A model generated the notes under the pieces. It was not told where the DNA came from, did no database searches, and saw only the letters and a list, made by a program, of their open reading frames with translations. This document shows positions 59,939 through 64,000 of a DNA stretch of 64,000 nt, one piece after another (position 1 is the first letter of the stretch; every line of letters begins with the position of its first letter). The translations under genes and the position numbers were made by a program. Origin of the DNA: Candidatus Omnitrophota bacterium (GTDB lineage: Bacteria > Omnitrophota > Gorgyraeia > Gygaellales > Profunditerraquicolaceae); NCBI GenBank assembly GCA_041661605.1, contig JBAZUE010000001.1, positions 606,928-670,927 on the forward strand. The letters run 5' to 3'.

Positions 59939-61147
59939 TTAGATGTCTAAATGATGCCCCAACTTCTCTTTTTTTGTTTTAAGGTATTTATAATTCTCTG
60001 CGTTAGGTTCTATCTCTAAAGGCACCCGCTCAGAAACCTTCAGGCCATAACCTTCCAGGCCGACAATCTTACGCGGGTTATTAGTCAGCAACTTTATCTG
60101 CTTAATCCCTAAATCTACAAGGATCTGGGCGCCGATACCATAATCGCGCAGGTCAGCCTTATGCCCTAGCGCTTCATTTGCCTCAACAGTATCCATCCCT
60201 TTATCCTGAAGGTTATAAGCACGCATTTTCTCCACCAGGCCGATTCCCCTGCCCTCCTGGTTCATGTAAAGAATTACCCCTTTTTTCTCAAGGGAGATAA
60301 TCTGCATAGCCCTCTCTAATTGCCTGCCGCAATCGCAGCGCAATGAACCAAAAACATCCCCGGTCAAACACTCCGAATGCACACGCACCAATATCGCTTC
60401 GTCTGACCAACTGCCGATACAAAGCGCTATATGCGTTTGGCCGTTAGTCTTATCCCGATAGATAATTAACCTGAACTCGCCAAATTTTGTAGGCAGCTTA
60501 GTCTCTACTATAGTTTCAACCAACTTTTCTTTTCTGCGGCGGTATTCGATAAGGCTGGCAATAGTGCAAATCTTTAAATTATGTTTCTTGGCAAACTCCA
60601 TGAGCTGCGGCAGGCGGGCCATAGAACCGTCATCATTCATAATCTCGCAAATCACTCCTGCCGGATAAAGCCCGGACAGGCGCATCAAATCCAGGCTTGC
60701 TTCGGTATGACCTGCCCTGACTAAAACACCGCCGCGGCGGCTTCGTAAAGGAAAAATATGCCCTGGCCGCGCCAGGTCTTCCGGCCTGCTTTGGCCGTTA
60801 ATTAAAACTTCAATTGTCCTGGCCCGGTCATAAGCAGAAATGCCTGTAGTTACCCCTTTGGCGGCATCAACAGAAATCATCCAGGCAGTCTTAAAAGGAT
60901 CCTCTGCGTTGGCCTGCAGGGTATTTTTTAGCATGGGGTCAAGCTCGAGCAAACGCAGCCTCTCCTCCTCCATGGGCACGCAGATAAGCCCGCGGCCAAA
61001 CTTGGCCATAAAATTTATATCTCCGGGCTTAACAAACGAAGATGCCATTATCAGGTCACCTTCATTCTCGCGGTCTTCATCATCAACCACGATAACCATC
61101 CTGCCTGCTTTCAAATCTTCAATAATTTCAGATATACTGTTGAACAT
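59939..61147 (-). CDS. ribBA: Bifunctional 3,4-dihydroxy-2-butanone-4-phosphate synthase / GTP cyclohydrolase II
   Basis: DHBP synthase ([16 protein letters not shown]) followed by GCH-II ([14 protein letters not shown], QEGRGIGL). Confidence 0.93.
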   Translation of the reverse strand: MFNSISEIIEDLKAGRMVIVVDDEDRENEGDLIMASSFVKPGDINFMAKFGRGLICVPMEEERLRLLELDPMLKNTLQANAEDPFKTAWMISVDAAKGVTTGISAYDRARTIEVLINGQSRPEDLARPGHIFPLRSRRGGVLVRAGHTEASLDLMRLSGLYPAGVICEIMNDDGSMARLPQLMEFAKKHNLKICTIASLIEYRRRKEKLVETIVETKLPTKFGEFRLIIYRDKTNGQTHIALCIGSWSDEAILVRVHSECLTGDVFGSLRCDCGRQLERAMQIISLEKKGVILYMNQEGRGIGLVEKMRAYNLQDKGMDTVEANEALGHKADLRDYGIGAQILVDLGIKQIKLLTNNPRKIVGLEGYGLKVSERVPLEIEPNAENYKYLKTKKEKLGHHLDI

Positions 61148-61159
61148 CTATTGGCTCCA

Positions 61160-61190
61160 ATAAAGAAACAACCCAAAGATAATCTTTGGG
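61160..61190 (-). terminator. Intrinsic terminator of the FMN riboswitch expression platform
   Basis: Minus strand reads CCCAAAG-attat-CTTTGGG followed by TTGTTTCTTT, just upstream of the GGAG RBS of ribBA. Confidence 0.6.
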
Positions 61191-61202
61191 CGCATTGATT
61201 TT

Positions 61203-61387
61203 AATCTTCTCCCTTCTGGACTTTCGCCTACGCATACAGCACCCCGCGCTAATTTGATTTGCGCGGGTGGCCATCCGTATGGCACCATCGGCCCTGGAAT
61301 TTCACCAGATCTGCTGGCGTTAAAATTTTAAACGCCTGCTCGCGGGCTTTACCGCCGGTAAGGATTTTCACCTTGCCCTAAAGATTA
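61203..61387 (-). promoter_or_regulatory. FMN riboswitch (RFN element)
   Basis: Minus strand reads AATCTTTAGGGCAAGGTGAAAATCCTTACCGGCGGTAAAGCCCGCGAGC...CAGCAGATCTGGTGAAATTCCAGGGCCGATGGT...AAAGTCCAGAAGGGAGAAGATT. All conserved RFN blocks are present. An additional hairpin of about 55 nt is inserted before the last block. Confidence 0.88.
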
Positions 61388-61397
61388 ATTACGTGTT

Positions 61398-61425
61398 ATT
61401 TTAGCAGAAAAACCGGGCTTGTCAA
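61398..61425 (-). promoter_or_regulatory. Candidate promoter of the rib operon
   Basis: Minus strand reads TTGACA-16 nt-TAAAAT, ending about 10 nt before riboswitch P1. Confidence 0.6.
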
Positions 61426-61447
61426 TACAATTAAAAACAGCTATAAT
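61419..61447 (+). promoter_or_regulatory. Candidate divergent promoter of pncC-thpR
   Basis: Plus strand reads TTGTCA-17 nt-TATAAT. Only 7 nt separate the -10 from the ATG at 61455. Confidence 0.5.
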
Positions 61448-61454
61448 AGGAACA

Positions 61455-61931
61455 ATGCCGGAAAGAATATTATCTAAAATTCATAAGCAGTTGCTTAGCC
61501 AGGGGAAAACTATCGCCATTGCCGAATCCTGCACCGGAGGCCTGCTTTGCGCTGAATTGACTAAGAACCCGGGAGCCTCAACCTATTTTCTCCTGGGAGT
61601 TATTACTTACAGTAATGATTCTAAGAAAAAAATACTGCAGATTCCCGCAAAATTTATCTCTAGATATGGCGCTGTTTCCCCTCAGGTGGCGATATCAATG
61701 GCAGAGAACATCCGCAAAAAAACAAAAGCGGATTTAGGTATCAGTATAACCGGAATTGCCGGGCCGGGCGGCTCAACCGTAAATAAACCGGTAGGCACTG
61801 TTTTTATCTGCCTATCCGCAAAGAAAAAAAATACCTGCCGGTTATTTTATTTACAGGGAAACCGCCGGAGTATACGAAATAAAGCCACTCAAGAGGCATT
61901 GCGTTTATTATGCGCGCATTTATCGCTATAG
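61455..61931 (+). CDS. pncC: Nicotinamide-nucleotide amidohydrolase PncC / CinA C-terminal domain protein
   Basis: CinA_C pattern (IAIAESCTGGLL, GVITYSN, GISITGIAGPGG, GTVFI). The start is moved to ATG 61455. The track ORF starts at an upstream TTG inside the promoter. Confidence 0.85.
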   Translation: MPERILSKIHKQLLSQGKTIAIAESCTGGLLCAELTKNPGASTYFLLGVITYSNDSKKKILQIPAKFISRYGAVSPQVAISMAENIRKKTKADLGISITGIAGPGGSTVNKPVGTVFICLSAKKKNTCRLFYLQGNRRSIRNKATQEALRLLCAHLSL

Positions 61932-62479
61932 AACTTTCGGCAGGAGTTAAAGACTCCATTTCCAGGATACAAGAAAAATTAAAAACTGAGCCGCTTAAGA
62001 TCAACTGGGTCAAACCGCAAAACCTTCATCTCACCCTAAAATTCCTGGGGGATATCTCCCCTGAACAACTAAGTAGAATCAAACAAATAATTTCCGGGAT
62101 AACAAAAACTCCCGGCTTTAGAATCAAACTAAATACCTTGGGCGTCTTCCCTGATATGGCCGCAGCACGGATAATCTGGATAGGAGATAATCAGCCGACT
62201 TTAGAGTTAAAACAACTGGCAGAACAATTGGAAATAAAACTAGAAATTTCCGGTATAGCCCGGCAGCCGAAGCCTTTCAGCGCGCATATTACCATCGGCC
62301 GCATAAAATCCCGCCTTCTTCTTTCTGATTTACAAAAAGTTATCGATAAAATAAAAAGAGATATGGAAGGAACAAATTGGGAATTTGATTGCAGTAAGGT
62401 TACTTTATTTGAAAGCACGCTTGGCCCGGGCGGGCCGGCTTATACGATGTTAGATCAGTTTAACCTTAAGATTAACTGA
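61910..62479 (+). CDS. thpR: RNA 2',3'-cyclic phosphodiesterase (2H phosphoesterase, LigT/ThpR)
   Basis: MRAFIAIEL start and two HxT/S motifs (HLTLKFLG, HITIGR). Confidence 0.85.
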   Translation: MRAFIAIELSAGVKDSISRIQEKLKTEPLKINWVKPQNLHLTLKFLGDISPEQLSRIKQIISGITKTPGFRIKLNTLGVFPDMAAARIIWIGDNQPTLELKQLAEQLEIKLEISGIARQPKPFSAHITIGRIKSRLLLSDLQKVIDKIKRDMEGTNWEFDCSKVTLFESTLGPGGPAYTMLDQFNLKIN

Positions 62480-62919
62480 AGCACGATATTGGCATAGATA
62501 CCAGCGACCAAATCATCCCCCATTACTCCGATTGCTCCGTGCATATTCTGCAGCCTTCCTGCGGGATATGGCTTAAGCGTATCGAGGATACGAAAGATAA
62601 GAAAAGCTAAAACAATTATCTTCGGCTCAAGCGGCATAAAGCTAAGAGCAATAAGCATGCCCATCACTTCATCGATAACAATACAACCAGGGTCCTTCCT
62701 CTTTGATAGCTGTTCCGCCTGCCCGCTGGTTAATAATCCTAAGATCATTACACAAAAGACAAATATAAAATAAAGAAACCAGTTAGTGCCGCCAAACAGA
62801 TAGAATATACCTACCCCGGCGATACTGCCGAATGTTCCCGGGATCAAAGGCAGGTAACCGACAAAAAAGAAGGTACTGATTATTCTGACCAGAAAATTAT
62901 TCAATGCGGTAAATCTCAT
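62455..62919 (-). CDS. pgpA: Phosphatidylglycerophosphatase A
   Basis: PgpA pattern (FFFVGYLPLIPGTFGS, DEVMG, KPYPA). The start is set at M29 (62919), which makes an ATGA overlap with the pgsA stop. Confidence 0.85.
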   Translation of the reverse strand: MRFTALNNFLVRIISTFFFVGYLPLIPGTFGSIAGVGIFYLFGGTNWFLYFIFVFCVMILGLLTSGQAEQLSKRKDPGCIVIDEVMGMLIALSFMPLEPKIIVLAFLIFRILDTLKPYPAGRLQNMHGAIGVMGDDLVAGIYANIVLQLILRLN

Positions 62920-63494
62920 AAGCGGGTAATTATTTTGCGGTTTTCCCAAAGGTATGACAACCCTGAATAAAGCGTCAGGCCCACGGTAAGCAACATAAGA
63001 CAAAATATACCCTGGCGGAAGATTTTCTCCCAGGCGGGATTCCAGGTAGAATACCTAAGCACTATTTCCTTAAGCAGAATAAAACCAAGAATAGTAAATA
63101 TCACCGCCATCTGCAAGACTGTTTTATGTTTTCCGGCGCGTGCGGCGGAAAGTACCTTGCCTTTATTTAAAGCAAAAAGACGCAAGGATGTAATCATAAT
63201 CTCCCGCGCGATAATAATCACAAACATCCAGGCATCAATAAGCTGTAATTGCACAAACGCCGCAAAAGCTGCCAGCACCAAGATCTTGTCAGCGATAGGA
63301 TCCATAAGCCTGCCAAAATCCGTAACCATATTCCTGCGCTGGGCGATCATGCCGTCAAATAAATCAGATAACGCCGCAAGGATAAAAACGATTAAACTGG
63401 CTACCTTAGGCCAAAGCCCCTGGCAAAATAAAAAAAACATAAATACAAAAGTTAATAAAATACGCGACATGGTTAAACGGTTGGCAAGATTCAT
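62916..63494 (-). CDS. pgsA: CDP-diacylglycerol--glycerol-3-phosphate 3-phosphatidyltransferase
   Basis: CDP-alcohol phosphatidyltransferase motif DGMIAQRRNMVTDFGRLMDPIADK. Confidence 0.9.
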   Translation of the reverse strand: MNLANRLTMSRILLTFVFMFFLFCQGLWPKVASLIVFILAALSDLFDGMIAQRRNMVTDFGRLMDPIADKILVLAAFAAFVQLQLIDAWMFVIIIAREIMITSLRLFALNKGKVLSAARAGKHKTVLQMAVIFTILGFILLKEIVLRYSTWNPAWEKIFRQGIFCLMLLTVGLTLYSGLSYLWENRKIITRL

Positions 63495-64000
63495 TATGCT
63501 ACCTCCCCTACTAAGTCATATTCCAAAGTATCTGTTATTTTAACTTCCACAAACTCACCTCTTTTTAGCAAACGTTTGGAATTAACATAAACCAGCCCGT
63601 CTACCTCCGGTGCATCCAGCTGGCTGCGCCCGATATAAGCGCCATCCTGCTCTTCTTCAATAAGCACACGCATGCTCCTGCCCAAAAACCTGGAATTTAG
63701 CTCAGCGGATACTGCCTGCTGGGCTGCCATAATAGCATCAAACCTCTTTTGTTTTAGCTTTTGGGTAATTTGTCCCCTAAAGCCATAGGCGGCAGTATCT
63801 TCTTCCCGGGAATAGATAAATGCCCCTAACCTCTCAAATTTTATTTCTTTCACAAAATTTAACAACTCTTCAAACTCTTTATCCGTTTCAGACGGAAAAC
63901 CTACGATAAGCGAGGTGCGTAAACAAACCCCGGGGATAACCTTTCTGATTTTATCAATTAAAGAAACTATCTCTTGTTTAGTAATCAAACGATTCATAAG
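63494..64000 (-). CDS. rimO: Ribosomal protein S12 methylthiotransferase RimO, C-terminal part (5' end outside the window)
   Basis: The end of the radical-SAM domain (TSLIVGFPSETDKEFEEL) followed by a TRAM domain (GRSMRVLIEE...VEVKITD). The ORF is open to the window edge. Confidence 0.8.
   Translation of the reverse strand, partial: LMNRLITKQEIVSLIDKIRKVIPGVCLRTSLIVGFPSETDKEFEELLNFVKEIKFERLGAFIYSREEDTAAYGFRGQITQKLKQKRFDAIMAAQQAVSAELNSRFLGRSMRVLIEEEQDGAYIGRSQLDAPEVDGLVYVNSKRLLKRGEFVEVKITDTLEYDLVGEVA

Overview
This window is almost entirely minus-strand housekeeping DNA from an AT-rich bacterium that makes peptidoglycan. I cannot assign a lineage without a database search. The 16S 5' region reads ...GATTAGGCATGCAAGTCGAGCG, which I recall as a PVC/Planctomycetes-like signature, but that is a weak hint only.

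Gene content in window order (all minus strand unless noted):
- a c-di-GMP-I (GEMM-I) riboswitch in front of a membrane-anchored FIST_N-like protein;
- a VanY/M15 peptidase, a GAF histidine kinase with a CheY-like regulator, and a handful of small accessory genes;
- one complete rRNA operon (16S, tRNA-Ile, tRNA-Ala, 23S, 5S) with tandem consensus promoters and a boxA-like leader;
- a stand-alone MshEN-like domain gene followed by an HD-GYP phosphodiesterase whose receiver domain is degenerate;
- the cell-shape operon mreB-mreC-mreD-mrdA-rodA, followed 3 nt later by a TIGR03960-type radical SAM gene;
- aroA, rluD, lgt, lspA, a DksA-type zinc finger, ileS, mtnP, proC and yggS;
- a full dcw cluster: mraZ, rsmH, ftsL, ftsI, murE, murF, mraY, murD, ftsW, murG, an HExxH peptidase, murC, murB, ddl, ftsQ and ftsA. 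No ftsZ follows ftsA;
- ribF, nrnA, rbfA, cca, xerD, an MBL hydrolase, a lipoprotein, ligA, acyP and tRNA-Pro;
- an FMN-riboswitch-controlled riboflavin operon in an unusual order (ribBA-ribH-nusB-PHP-ribD-ribE);
- pncC and thpR, the only convincing plus-strand genes;
- pgpA, pgsA and the 3' part of rimO.

I saw no transposase, phage, CRISPR or recognisable defence genes.

The most interesting signals are regulatory or structural rather than a new gene cassette:
- the c-di-GMP elements;
- two families of intergenic hairpin repeats, one showing compensatory stem changes;
- the peptidase wedged into the dcw operon;
- the missing ftsZ;
- the PHP phosphoesterase translationally coupled to ribD.

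Almost all plus-strand ORFs in the supplied track are antisense shadows of minus-strand genes.
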